Source: Alphaproteobacteria bacterium (lineage in GTDB: Bacteria; Pseudomonadota; Alphaproteobacteria; GCA-2746255). From it: a stretch of DNA of 64,000 bases. Below the pieces are notes generated by a model that ran no database searches, was not told where the DNA came from, and saw nothing but the letters and a program-made list of their open reading frames with translations. The stretch's first letter is position 1, and every line of letters starts with the position of its first letter. The position numbers and the translations under genes were made by a program. Location of the stretch: the NCBI GenBank assembly GCA_965249135.1, contig OZ252220.1:640001-704000 (forward strand), written 5' to 3'. Positions 33,916 through 43,892 of this stretch are shown here, piece after piece.

Positions 33916-34865
33916 GCTTGGGCGCGGGCCTGTCGGCCATAAGGTTTTTTGTAGGTGATACGCTTACCGATGACGCCCCTCACTGCCTTGATCGCCCTTT
34001 CCGCGTCGGTGACTTCCAAGGCCGTGCGCTCGTTGTATCGGAAATCAAACTCCGCCAAGTACCGCTTCAAATGTTGCTGCAAAACGTGATGGTACGTGCC
34101 AGCGATCCCGCGCTTAAGAAGGGCAAAATATGACTCTACGGTGTTTGTGTGAGCGTCACCGCGCACATACTCCTCAATGCCGTGGTTAACCGTCTCGTGT
34201 TGCGCGAAGTCGCAGTGCATATGTCGGTACTGACCAGCATCGTCCATCATCAGCGTGGACTTCTTGTCGATCTGCGCAACGAGGATCGGCCGCAGCGTCT
34301 TGATGTTGACGCGCGGAACTTGCTGCGAGCGGACGCGGCCATCCCGCTCCACAAGGGCGAAGGCAATCTCTTTGCCCATGCCGCCAACGGCGCTGGTGCG
34401 CTTGGAACGATGCTTGTTCTTTTCTTTGCCGCCAATGTACGTCTCGTCGGCTTCAACAAACTTGCCTTCGCCGCCAAGCGGGCTGCCGTTCAGCTCGCGC
34501 ATCCCCTCACGGATACGATGGGCCATGAACCACGCCGTCTTGTATGGCAGGCCAAGCATCCGATGAAGCTGATGTGCCGAAATACCCTTCTTGCTCGCAC
34601 ACATCAGATGCGTAGCCAGAAGCCATTTGGTCATCGGAATATGAGACCGCTCGTAGATCGTTCCGACCTTAGCTGTGAACTTCTTGCGGCAGTCCTTGCA
34701 GTGATACCAGCCCGGCCCCATCGACTTGCCGCCCAGCGGCTTTACGCCGTCGAACTGTCCGCAATAGGGGCAGTAAGCGCCATCCGGCCAGCGGATCGCT
34801 TCGAAGTGCTTCCGCGCCGCAGTGAGGTCAGTGAAGATCGGGTTAGTCAGGTCAACGGTGGTCAT
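33912..34865 (-). CDS. IS1595-family transposase
   Basis: Zinc ribbon CPYC..CKDC, helix-turn-helix KGISAHQL..YKTAWFM, catalytic VEADETY, NTVESYF and YLAEFDFRYN motifs. Confidence 0.96.
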   Translation of the reverse strand: MTTVDLTNPIFTDLTAARKHFEAIRWPDGAYCPYCGQFDGVKPLGGKSMGPGWYHCKDCRKKFTAKVGTIYERSHIPMTKWLLATHLMCASKKGISAHQLHRMLGLPYKTAWFMAHRIREGMRELNGSPLGGEGKFVEADETYIGGKEKNKHRSKRTSAVGGMGKEIAFALVERDGRVRSQQVPRVNIKTLRPILVAQIDKKSTLMMDDAGQYRHMHCDFAQHETVNHGIEEYVRGDAHTNTVESYFALLKRGIAGTYHHVLQQHLKRYLAEFDFRYNERTALEVTDAERAIKAVRGVIGKRITYKKPYGRQARAQA

Positions 34866-34927
34866 GGGCTAACTCCTTGACCACAAATATAGGGCGTCAG
34901 ATGTGTTCAGTCAAGGTGATAATTTCC

Positions 34928-35010
34928 CTGGAAAGGGGCCAAAGACGCGTACCGGAACCCCCGGACAAAAGGACGGGTGTTATCCGAGTCGTCTCACGTT
35001 TCTTCGCCAT
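34928..35010 (-). pseudogene. manC: manC 5' fragment separated by the IS
   Basis: Reads MAKKRETTRITPVLLSGGSGTRLWPLSR; joins ALYPKQ in frame once the IS and one target copy are removed. Confidence 0.93.
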
Positions 35011-35115
35011 TCACGCCGCTTTTCTGGTGTCGCCCGCCCCATCTGGCAGAACAGGCGAGAGTTTAGCAGGGGTCAGCGTGGTCGCAAATGGACGTGGGGT
35101 GAAAGGAAGGCGAAA

Positions 35116-37140
35116 TCAGGAAGAAGGGAGGCCTTTCCTGGCTGCCCAGCGTGTGCCGTGTTTGAAATAACGGTAGACGCCGATGCCCATCGCAAAAAAG
35201 CCGATCAGAATCGGCATGAAGCCGATGTTTGCGAATCTGAGCTTGGCGGCAAGCGAATCGATGTCCTCACGCAGTTTCCTCTGGATCTCGCGGATCTCCT
35301 TGCGGGTCTGAAACTTCTGCCGGTTGAGCTGTTCGATCATGAGTTGACGTTCAACCGTCTTCTCGGCCTTCTTCTCATAGAGATTCTGACTGCGGAGGTT
35401 GTCGACCTCCATATCTCCGGTCTTAATGTTGTCTTCGAGTTCCTTTAAACGGCTGCGGTAGAGTTCTTCGGCATCCTGGGCAATCTTGTGGAACCGTTCG
35501 AACGGACGGAAGGACGTGCCGCGCGAGCGAAGCGAGATCATGTCCTCCGTGCCGCTGAGGTTCTCAAGCGCATTGATGGTGAACTCGCCGTTCGAGGCCA
35601 TCGGCGTATAGGTCTGGTGGCCATAAAAGTCACCGATCATCGTCCAACGGCTGTTATGAAGCACGTCCGTATCCGCAACGACGATGATATTGATCGGCTT
35701 TACCGATTGCCCGATCGGCGGATAGGTCCACTTCTGGATTTCCTCTTCCGAAGGAAGTTTCGATTCTTTCTTCTTTCCTTCCGCCTTCGCGTCAGCCTCC
35801 GGTTTTCCTTCCTTTTTCTTCGGAAGTTCGACTGGCGGCGGGCCGTCCGGGAACGCCGACTTGACTGGCCCCGTGACACGAGCCGCCAGAATAAAATTCT
35901 CACCGCTTGGCTTGAAGTCGCGGAGGTATTTCTCCGGGTCGATGTTGCCAACCAGGGTCTTCGTTTCGAAAAACTGCGAATCCTGCGAGCTGGCGATGAG
36001 CGGCGTGAAGGTGGTTGTCGCGCCTGCCTTCGGACGCATCGCGCCTGCGGTCGCAAAGTCGACATGCTCGAGCCCGCTGGTCACCGGATCCAGCTCGCTC
36101 AGATTTTCCCGCCCCAGTTTGAACCAGGGAAGGTAGCGGATGACTTCTTCATTCCCCTTCTGATTGATCTGGTAACCGGTCGTGCCCGTTTCGGCATTTC
36201 GCCGGTCGCCGACGAATCGATCGGGATCGTATTCGATCCCCCATGTGTCAAACAGCTTGGCCATGGTCGAGCCACGATCCGTCATGGCCGGAAGCTCGCC
36301 GTACTTCGTCGGCGGCGTCCCGAATTCCGCAAAGGGATCGACGAAGATGAGGGCGCGGCCCCCACGAAGAACGTACTGGTCGATGAAGTAAAGGGCACGG
36401 TCGCTCAGCTCGCGCGGGTGGGCAATCAGAAGCAGATCCGCACCGCTGATTTCTCGCATGTCGTCGATGAACCGGACATCGAAGAACTTCTCCATTTCCT
36501 CAAGAATGGCGTAAGGCTTCGATTCGCCTCGCTTCACGGCCGCGATGGTGACCGTCCCGTGTTTGAGGGGGAGCGCCCCGATGACGGCGACGATGGGCTT
36601 CGTCTTTCTTCCCAGACCAAAGATCATCTGGGTGATGTCGTATTCGACGAATTGCTCTTTTTCGGGCTGGAAAAAGGCGATGACGTCGGCAACGCCCCCT
36701 TCTCCCTTCTCATCCTGGCCGGCCGCGCCGTAAAGGCCTAAGTAAAACTGAGCTCCGGTCTCATCCAGAGGAACGCCCTGAACGCCATCCTTCTGGGCCC
36801 GGTCTTCTTTCTCGGTGAACGGCTCGGGATCGATCACCTCGAGCGTAAGCATGTCATTCGAATGCCGCACATATTCCTCGAGAAGCTCCTCGACGCGCTT
36901 CGCATAGGTGCGAATCTCCGGAACTGCGTCCGACATCCGCTTTGAATAATAGAAATGCAGAGTGACCGGCCGCCCAAGCCGTTCGAGGACGAAATGGGTG
37001 CTGGGCGAAAGGGTAAAGAGCTTGTCTTCCGTGAAATCGTAACGCGCCGACTTCCACGCAACGCTCGTAATGGCGTTCACAGAGAAGAAAAGAACCGCCG
37101 CAAAAATGAGACCACTTACCGTTAAAAACCCGCGCTTCAT
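35116..37140 (-). CDS. GldG-like ABC transporter auxiliary component
   Basis: DFTEDKLFTLS, IDQYVLRGG, VVADTD and NALENL motifs; N- and C-terminal transmembrane helices. Confidence 0.85.
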   Translation of the reverse strand: MKRGFLTVSGLIFAAVLFFSVNAITSVAWKSARYDFTEDKLFTLSPSTHFVLERLGRPVTLHFYYSKRMSDAVPEIRTYAKRVEELLEEYVRHSNDMLTLEVIDPEPFTEKEDRAQKDGVQGVPLDETGAQFYLGLYGAAGQDEKGEGGVADVIAFFQPEKEQFVEYDITQMIFGLGRKTKPIVAVIGALPLKHGTVTIAAVKRGESKPYAILEEMEKFFDVRFIDDMREISGADLLLIAHPRELSDRALYFIDQYVLRGGRALIFVDPFAEFGTPPTKYGELPAMTDRGSTMAKLFDTWGIEYDPDRFVGDRRNAETGTTGYQINQKGNEEVIRYLPWFKLGRENLSELDPVTSGLEHVDFATAGAMRPKAGATTTFTPLIASSQDSQFFETKTLVGNIDPEKYLRDFKPSGENFILAARVTGPVKSAFPDGPPPVELPKKKEGKPEADAKAEGKKKESKLPSEEEIQKWTYPPIGQSVKPINIIVVADTDVLHNSRWTMIGDFYGHQTYTPMASNGEFTINALENLSGTEDMISLRSRGTSFRPFERFHKIAQDAEELYRSRLKELEDNIKTGDMEVDNLRSQNLYEKKAEKTVERQLMIEQLNRQKFQTRKEIREIQRKLREDIDSLAAKLRFANIGFMPILIGFFAMGIGVYRYFKHGTRWAARKGLPSS

Positions 37141-37149
37141 TTCCAGTCC

Positions 37150-37884
37150 CTAGATCGCTTTCTTAAATTCGATCACGATCGCATTCGCATACAGGAAAAA
37201 ACCGATCAAGGTCGAAAAATAGATGAGGTCGCGAATATCGATGACGCCTTCGATGATCGCCTCGAAATGGGTCAAGAAACTAAAGGATGCAATCAAATCC
37301 ACCGTCCATTGGGGCGCCCAGGCACTGAAGAAATCCGTCACCAGCGGTTGTCCGGAAATCGTGAAGATGAAACAGACGGCAACCCCGGTAATGAAGGCGA
37401 TGACTTGGTTTTTCGTAATGGCCGAAATGCAGGAACTGATTGCCAGATAGCCGGCGGCCATGATGAGCGAGCCGATATAGCCTGCAAAAATGACCCCGTT
37501 ATCTGGGTTACCCAGATAATTCACGGTAAGCCACATCGGGAAGGTCAGCGCCAATGCAATCGCAGTGAATGCCCAGGCGGCAAGAAACTTGCCCAAAACG
37601 GTGGCGCCGAAGGGGATGGGCAGCGACATTAGGAATTCGATCGTGCCCGCCTTCCGCTCTTCCGCCCAAAGCCGCATCGAGATGGCCGGCATCAGAAGAA
37701 GGTAGAGCCACGGATGGAAGTCGAAGAACGAGCGGAGGTCGGCGTGGTCGCGCTCGATAAAGAGGCCGAGATAGAAAGTGAAAACCCCTGCAAGAAACAG
37801 GAAGATGACGATGAAGACGTAAGCCAGCGGGGTCGCAAAATAGCTCACGAGTTCACGCTTCATGATGATGAACGTCTTGCTCAT
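37150..37884 (-). CDS. GldF-like ABC-2 permease
   Basis: RELVSYFATPLAY and SMRLWAEERKAGTIE motifs. Confidence 0.88.
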   Translation of the reverse strand: MSKTFIIMKRELVSYFATPLAYVFIVIFLFLAGVFTFYLGLFIERDHADLRSFFDFHPWLYLLLMPAISMRLWAEERKAGTIEFLMSLPIPFGATVLGKFLAAWAFTAIALALTFPMWLTVNYLGNPDNGVIFAGYIGSLIMAAGYLAISSCISAITKNQVIAFITGVAVCFIFTISGQPLVTDFFSAWAPQWTVDLIASFSFLTHFEAIIEGVIDIRDLIYFSTLIGFFLYANAIVIEFKKAI

Positions 37885-38870
37885 GTCCGTGTCCGCTTCC
37901 CTTTCTCCCGGCGCCCCATGGCGACGGCGTCACCGATGGTGAGGCTGCGGAAGACCTCATCGAGCCGGCCGCGTTCGGCGTAGAGTTCCTCGACCCGCCA
38001 GCCGCGTTCCCGCGCCAGATCGCCCACCTCCGTCACGATCGCGGCGCCGTCCTTTGGAAACAGCATGTAGTCCTGCAGGCCGTCCTGTTTGTGCCCGGTT
38101 TCGATCCGGGCGACCTGCGGCAGGGCCTGCAGCACCTTCGTCGCCTCCGACGCCGGAACGCCCGCCACCGAGATGGTCACGGCGTTATGGAATTTCGAAC
38201 GCGACTCAAGGACGTTCGGCGTACCGTCGGCGACGATCTTGCCGTGATCGATGATGATCGCCCGGTCGCAGACGGCGTTTACCTCTTCGAGAATATGGGT
38301 CGAGACGACGATCGCCTTCTCCGGCGCCATCTCTCGGATCAGGGTCCGCACCTGGTGTTTTTGATTGGGATCTAAACCATCCGTCGGCTCGTCGAGGATA
38401 AGGATAGGCGGGTCGTGCAGGATCGCCTGGGCGACGCCCACCCGGCGTCGAAAACCCTTCGAAAGCGTCTCGATGGGTTGGTTCAACACCGGCTCCAATC
38501 CCAGTTTCGCGATCGCCGCATCGATCGCCTTTCGTTTCTCAAACCCCCGCAAGCCTCGGATCGTAGCGGCGAAATTCAGAAAGGCCCGCGGCATCATGTC
38601 CGGATAGGATGGCGCGCCCTCGGGCATGTAGCCCATCATGGCCTTCGCCTTGAGCGGCTGTTTGCGGATGTCGTGACCGCCAACCAGGACGGTTCCCGAT
38701 GTCGGGCGAAGGAAGCCTACGATCATTCGCATGCTCGTCGATTTGCCGGCGCCGTTGGGGCCCAGAAAGCCGAGAACCTGGCCACGGGGGACCGAGAACG
38801 AAACGTTGTCGACTGCCGTGAAGAGGCCGAACCGCCTCGTCAGGTTCTGGATTTCGATCATCGTTGCCAT
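37881..38870 (-). CDS. ABC transporter ATP-binding protein (GldA-like)
   Basis: GPNGAGKS, LSKGFRRR, LILDEPT and STH motifs. Confidence 0.93.
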   Translation of the reverse strand: MATMIEIQNLTRRFGLFTAVDNVSFSVPRGQVLGFLGPNGAGKSTSMRMIVGFLRPTSGTVLVGGHDIRKQPLKAKAMMGYMPEGAPSYPDMMPRAFLNFAATIRGLRGFEKRKAIDAAIAKLGLEPVLNQPIETLSKGFRRRVGVAQAILHDPPILILDEPTDGLDPNQKHQVRTLIREMAPEKAIVVSTHILEEVNAVCDRAIIIDHGKIVADGTPNVLESRSKFHNAVTISVAGVPASEATKVLQALPQVARIETGHKQDGLQDYMLFPKDGAAIVTEVGDLARERGWRVEELYAERGRLDEVFRSLTIGDAVAMGRREKGKRTRT

Positions 38871-39060
38871 TTCAAACGTTCCCTCCGCCCTTCACCAGCG
38901 CCGCGAAGCCCACGGGACCGGCGGCGATTACCTCACAACCACTTGGTGAAGAACGAGAATTCGCTTGGATACCTAGGCTATACCGCGGCTTCGTTCAAGT
39001 CACAAATCGTTGATTCCCGATGATCCATCGTGAGCCCGGCGGGGTTTCCTCACCCTATCG

Positions 39061-40347
39061 TCAGAGTTGCCAACGCTTCATGCCGTCTGGCAAGGATGCG
39101 TTTCGCCACATGCCCTTGACGTCGGCGATAAGGCCGTCCGGCATCAGAAGGGAAAGAAAGGACTGGCTCGTAAACTCGCGATAGTCAGCATGGGGCACCG
39201 CCCCCACCACGCAATGATAAGGGTCGACGCGTTCCAAGGTAGGCGTGAGTTCGACCCCGTAAAGCCGCTTTGCCTCTTGCGGGTCCGCATGGGCATCGTG
39301 CACATCGACCCGGTGCCCCTTCGCCTTAAGGCCTTCGATCAGATCGATGACCTTCGTGTTGCGAAGGTCGGGAAGGTTCTCCTTGAAGGTCAGACCAAGC
39401 ACAAGCACGCGGGCCGATGCCGCATCCGGAAAAGCCGCCTGGATCTCCCCATGAATCCGTTCGGCCAGCCGTGCCCCCATGCGGTCGTTGATCCGCCGTC
39501 CGGCAAGGACGATCTCTGGGTTAAGGCCTTGTTCCTTCGAACAATGGGCCAGATAGAACGGATCGACCCCGATGCAGTGACCGCCGACGAGGCCCGGCCG
39601 GAAATCGAGAAAATTCCATTTCGTCGCCGCTGCGTCGAGCACGTCGTAAGCGGAAAGCCCGAGTTTTCCAAAGATCTCCGTCACTTCGTTGATGAAGGCG
39701 ATGTTGATGTCGCGCTGGGTATTCTCGATCACTTTGGCGGCCTCGGCCGTGCGGATATCACGGGCGACAAAGATGTTGCCGTCATTCAACCGGCCATAGA
39801 CCTCTTGCAAGAGCGCCGCGACTTTCGGCGTTTGACCGGCGACGACCTTCGTGATGTGCTTAAGCGTGTGCTCTTTATCCCCCGGATTCATACGTTCCGG
39901 CGAATAGCCAAGAAAGAAGTCGACGCCGGAGCGAAGCCCGGAGGCTGCCTCCAGAAGGGGCCCGCAAACCTCCTCCGTGACCCCCGGATAGACGGTGCTT
40001 TCAAAGACGACGACGGCACCCTTGGCGAGCACCGAGCCGACGGTCCGCGAGGCCTCCTCGAGTGCCGTGAGGTCGGGCCGATTCGCCGTATCCACCGGGG
40101 TCGGCACCGCCACGATGAAGAGGTCCGTCCCCTTCAGCTCCTTGACCGCGTCCGCAAGCTGGAGGCTGGAGCCTTCCAGGGCCTCTGCCGGCACCTCACG
40201 GGTCCGGTCCTGGCCGGCACGTATCTCAGAAATACGTGAAGAATCAATGTCATAGCCCGTAACCCGAAAATGCCGGGCGAGGGCCACCGCGAGCGGCAGA
40301 CCCACGTAACCAAGCCCGAGAACGGCGATTCGGGAAACAGATTTCAC
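39061..40347 (-). CDS. Nucleotide-sugar dehydrogenase (UDP-GlcNAc/GalNAc dehydrogenase, WbpO/TviB-like)
   Basis: GLGYVGLP, YSPER, ENTQRDINIA and GLVGGHCIGVDP motifs. Confidence 0.9.
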   Translation of the reverse strand: MKSVSRIAVLGLGYVGLPLAVALARHFRVTGYDIDSSRISEIRAGQDRTREVPAEALEGSSLQLADAVKELKGTDLFIVAVPTPVDTANRPDLTALEEASRTVGSVLAKGAVVVFESTVYPGVTEEVCGPLLEAASGLRSGVDFFLGYSPERMNPGDKEHTLKHITKVVAGQTPKVAALLQEVYGRLNDGNIFVARDIRTAEAAKVIENTQRDINIAFINEVTEIFGKLGLSAYDVLDAAATKWNFLDFRPGLVGGHCIGVDPFYLAHCSKEQGLNPEIVLAGRRINDRMGARLAERIHGEIQAAFPDAASARVLVLGLTFKENLPDLRNTKVIDLIEGLKAKGHRVDVHDAHADPQEAKRLYGVELTPTLERVDPYHCVVGAVPHADYREFTSQSFLSLLMPDGLIADVKGMWRNASLPDGMKRWQL

Positions 40348-40540
40348 AACTTTTCTCTGGGAAATTCCGGAATTTTCTTTCGCGTGCTTCTATCCCGTCC
40401 GCGTTTAAGGGTCAAATCCTCCATGAAAAGCCTGGTTATATGCTTGATTTTCCATATAAAAAGTATTGACATTCATCCCGTGTACGAATATTTGTTCACG
40501 AAATGAACGCAAGCAAAGGAGACTGCGGGTGGAAGGACTG

Positions 40541-41191
40541 ATGAAATCGGGGAAGGCCAGCCAGAACCCGGCAACGACCTCGACGACGCTTGAGCTGCTG
40601 GCCAGCGTGGAGGCGAACCGCCACGTCTCCCAGCGCACGCTCGCCACCCGTCTCGGCATCGCGGTGGGGCTTGCAAACGGCTACTTCCGGCGCTGCGTGC
40701 ACAAGGGCTGGATCAAGATGTCGAAGGCCCCGGCCCGTCGCTACGCCTACTACCTGACCCCGAAGGGTTTTGCCGAAAAATCCCGTCTTACCGCCGAATA
40801 CCTTACCCTTTCCTTCGATTTCTTTCGCACTGCCCGGACGGAATGCCTGCGCGCGCTTCGGGCCGCGGAAGCCCGCGGCTGGCGGCGGATCGCGCTGTTT
40901 GGCGCCGGCGAGCTTGCCGAGATCGCCACCCTTGCCGCCCGCGAGACCGACATCGAGCTGATTGCCATCCTGGCGCCGGGCCGCAACGAACAGAAACTCG
41001 CGGGGCTTCCGGTTATGGCCGACCTCGAAGACATCGATGCGTTCGATGCCGTTCTCATCACGGACATCCAAGCCCCACAACAGAGCTTCGATGCGCTCCG
41101 TGCCCGGTTCGAGCCGGCCCGCATCCTGACCCCGCCACTCCTTCATGTCTCGCGGGAAAAAGCGCCGGGGGAAACGGAGGCCGCGGAATGA
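40541..41191 (+). CDS. Winged-helix MarR-type regulator of polysaccharide loci with a C-terminal Rossmann-like domain
   Basis: SQRTLATRLGIAVGLAN, YYLTPKGFAEK and ALFGAGELAE motifs. Confidence 0.8.
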   Translation: MKSGKASQNPATTSTTLELLASVEANRHVSQRTLATRLGIAVGLANGYFRRCVHKGWIKMSKAPARRYAYYLTPKGFAEKSRLTAEYLTLSFDFFRTARTECLRALRAAEARGWRRIALFGAGELAEIATLAARETDIELIAILAPGRNEQKLAGLPVMADLEDIDAFDAVLITDIQAPQQSFDALRARFEPARILTPPLLHVSREKAPGETEAAE

Positions 41192-41688
41192 AACGCTGGT
41201 TCGTCGCCCGCACCCACGCTCAGGCCGAGGCAAAGGCGGTTGCTCATCTTCGCCGCCAGGGCTTCGAGGTCTACCTGCCGCGTTACGCAAAGACCCGCCG
41301 CCATGCCCGGCGTGAGGAACGGATCGTCGCACCGCTCTTCCCGCGTTACCTTTTCATATGCCTGGACCTGGATCACCATCGCTGGCGGTCGGTCAATGGC
41401 ACGCTCGGCATCGAACGTCTGATTTGCCATGGCGAACGTCCCGCGCCGGTGCCAGCAGGCGTAATCGAAGATCTGAAGTGCCAGGAACGCCCGGACGGCT
41501 TGCTTGCGCCGGCCAGCCTGGTGCTGCTTGAGCGGGGATCGCACGTGCGCCTGGTCGATGGCGCCTTCGCCGAACAGACCGGGATTTACGAACGGATGAC
41601 GGCCGATCAACGGATCGTGCTGTTGTTGAGCCTGCTGGGACGTGAGGTTCGCCTCACGGTCCCGCTCGAAGCCATCGACGCGGCTTAA
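41188..41688 (+). CDS. NusG-paralog transcription antiterminator (RfaH/UpxY-like)
   Basis: RWFVART, PLFPRYLF and SVNGTLG motifs, KOW-like VRLVDGAF; ATGA overlap with the regulator. Confidence 0.88.
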   Translation: MKRWFVARTHAQAEAKAVAHLRRQGFEVYLPRYAKTRRHARREERIVAPLFPRYLFICLDLDHHRWRSVNGTLGIERLICHGERPAPVPAGVIEDLKCQERPDGLLAPASLVLLERGSHVRLVDGAFAEQTGIYERMTADQRIVLLLSLLGREVRLTVPLEAIDAA

Positions 41689-41858
41689 ATTCGAAGCCTG
41701 CGTCAGGCGAACACGTCTTACGATTCCGCGCCGATCCCGGAGTGCGGTAATATGGAAAAAGCAAACTCTTTGACGAAATCGAACAACCTTCCTCGTCTGT
41801 CCGCGGGAAGGGCATCGCACCCTAGAAGACGGGTCGGATAAATTGGTATCTGTCGAGC

Positions 41859-43007
41859 ATGGTTGATTCAATTCCCTTTATCGATCTCATGGCGCAACGC
41901 GACCGGCTTAAAGATCGGATCGATCCCGCCATCGCACGGGTATTGAACCACGGAAAATTCATCCTCGGTCCGGAAGTGGACGAGCTTGAAACAAAACTAG
42001 CCGAATTCAGTGGCGCCAAGCATGCCGTTACGTGCGCAAACGGAACGGATGCCCTTTTGCTGGCCTTGATGACGCGTGGGATCGGACAGGGCGACGCCGT
42101 TTTCATGCCCACCTTCACCTTCGTGGCCACGGCGGAGGCGCCGGCGCTGGTGGGGGCGACGCCGGTTTTCGTCGATGTCGCGGAAGAAAGCCTCAACCTG
42201 GATCCGGCCGGCCTCGAGGCGGGCGCCGCGGCAGCCAAGAAGGCAGGGCTCAGGCCAGCCGCGATCCTCGCCGTCGACCTCTTCGGCCAGCCCGCGGATT
42301 ACGGAGCGATTTCAAAATTCGCCGACGCCTGCGGCTTGGCGTTGATCGCCGATGCCGCTCAATCCTTCGGCGCAAGCCTGAATGGCAAGCGCGTAGGCAC
42401 GCTCGCCGCCATCACGACGACGAGCTTTTTCCCTGCGAAGCCGTTGGGTTGCTATGGCGATGGCGGCGCGCTCTTCACGGATGACGAGGCGGTAGCTACC
42501 CACCTTCGTTCGATTCGCGTTCACGGACCCGGAGCGGCGAAGCACGAGAGCGCGCATATCGGCATGAACAGCCGTCTCGATACGCTTCAGGCGGCCGTGC
42601 TGCTTGAGAAGCTTAAGGTTTTTCCTGACGAAATCGAAGCACGCAACCGCATCGCCGCACGCTACGAAGAAGGGCTTTCCGAATGCGTCATCGTGCCGAA
42701 GATCCCGTCGGATCGAACCTCCGTCTGGGCCCAATATACGATCCGGCTCCCCAACCTCGACCGCGAAGCCATCGCGACACACTTGCAGACAAAAGGCATT
42801 CCGACGGCGATTTATTATCCGAAGCCGCTTCATCTTCAAACGCCCTATACGGCTTTCCCAAGAAGCGGCGCGCTTCCCATTTCCGAACGCCTCGCGGGCG
42901 AAGTATTGAGTCTTCCCATGCACGCCTATCTCGACGCCGAGACTCAAGACCGCATCCTCGCCTCGCTGAAAGAGGCGACCCGGACCCAGGTCAAGGCCGC
43001 CGGCTAA
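41859..43007 (+). CDS. DegT/DnrJ/EryC1/StrS sugar aminotransferase
   Basis: ANGTDAL, DAAQSFGA and SFFPAKPLGCYGDGG motifs. Confidence 0.93.
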   Translation: MVDSIPFIDLMAQRDRLKDRIDPAIARVLNHGKFILGPEVDELETKLAEFSGAKHAVTCANGTDALLLALMTRGIGQGDAVFMPTFTFVATAEAPALVGATPVFVDVAEESLNLDPAGLEAGAAAAKKAGLRPAAILAVDLFGQPADYGAISKFADACGLALIADAAQSFGASLNGKRVGTLAAITTTSFFPAKPLGCYGDGGALFTDDEAVATHLRSIRVHGPGAAKHESAHIGMNSRLDTLQAAVLLEKLKVFPDEIEARNRIAARYEEGLSECVIVPKIPSDRTSVWAQYTIRLPNLDREAIATHLQTKGIPTAIYYPKPLHLQTPYTAFPRSGALPISERLAGEVLSLPMHAYLDAETQDRILASLKEATRTQVKAAG

Positions 43008-43053
43008 GAGAAATCCATGGACATCCGAGGAGGAAAATTCGTCATCATCGCCA

Positions 43054-43875
43054 GTGGCATCGGTTGCAACGAATTTGTTTTTGAAAAGCGCGCTTAAGGG
43101 TATGGCCAGCAACGTGCCCAAAGTAACCCAGAAAAGCCAGTGCATCGTCGAATTACAGGAACACATTCTTGCAGAGAATGGTTTTGCCCTCACCAAGGAG
43201 AGCACCATCCTTGATTTCGGGTGTGGTTCGGGTCGGCATGTCTACGAACGCCTCGATTGCGGCTACGAAAACGTCTTTGGTTACGATATTCGAAACTACG
43301 TCACATTAAGAAAGCCGGAGGATATTGAACGCTTCCGTTTCGACGAAGAAGACAGGATTACCCACATCCCTTTCCCGGACGATACCTTCGATTTCGTCTT
43401 TTCGACCTCTGTCTTTGAGCGCGTGCTCGAACCCGAAATCGCTTTACGAGAGATCTACCGCGTGCTGAAGCGGGGCGGCGTAAGCTTTCATAATTTCCCC
43501 GCAAAATGGCGTCTCATCGAGCCCCATATTTACGTCCCCCTTGGCGCCGCCTTCCAAAGCTATGGCTACTATCTCTTCTGGGCGTTGCTTGGGATCCGGA
43601 ACAAATACCAGAAGGGCAAATCGGCAAATGAAGTTGCCAAGCTCAATCGCAATTACGCGCAAGTAGGCCTTAACTACCCGAATGGCAAGACGATCGATCG
43701 CATGCTAGGTGAATATTTCGACGGGTTTTCCTATCAGGAACTCGTCTACACGAAACACGGGCCCGGCCGGTCCGCCGCCCTCTACCCACTGCTGAAAGGA
43801 TTCCCCTTCCTCGCCTCGCTTTTTCGCCTGCTCCACACGCGGGTCGTTCTATTGAAGAAGTTGCCGACGCCCTAG
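43054..43875 (+). CDS. Class I SAM-dependent methyltransferase
   Basis: ILDFGCGSG, PFPDDTFD and EIYRVLK motifs; start uncertain. Confidence 0.82.
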   Translation: MASVATNLFLKSALKGMASNVPKVTQKSQCIVELQEHILAENGFALTKESTILDFGCGSGRHVYERLDCGYENVFGYDIRNYVTLRKPEDIERFRFDEEDRITHIPFPDDTFDFVFSTSVFERVLEPEIALREIYRVLKRGGVSFHNFPAKWRLIEPHIYVPLGAAFQSYGYYLFWALLGIRNKYQKGKSANEVAKLNRNYAQVGLNYPNGKTIDRMLGEYFDGFSYQELVYTKHGPGRSAALYPLLKGFPFLASLFRLLHTRVVLLKKLPTP

Positions 43876-43892
43876 CCTACACCCACGACGCA

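Larger units (their letters stand above)
31449..34927 (-). mobile_element. IS1595-family element carrying passenger genes, 3,479 bp, inserted in manC
   Basis: Terminal inverted repeats GGGAGATATCACCTTGACTGAACA and GGAAATTATCACCTTGACTGAACA (21/24 match); 8-bp target duplication CTGGAAAG at 31441-31448 and 34928-34935. Confidence 0.95.
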
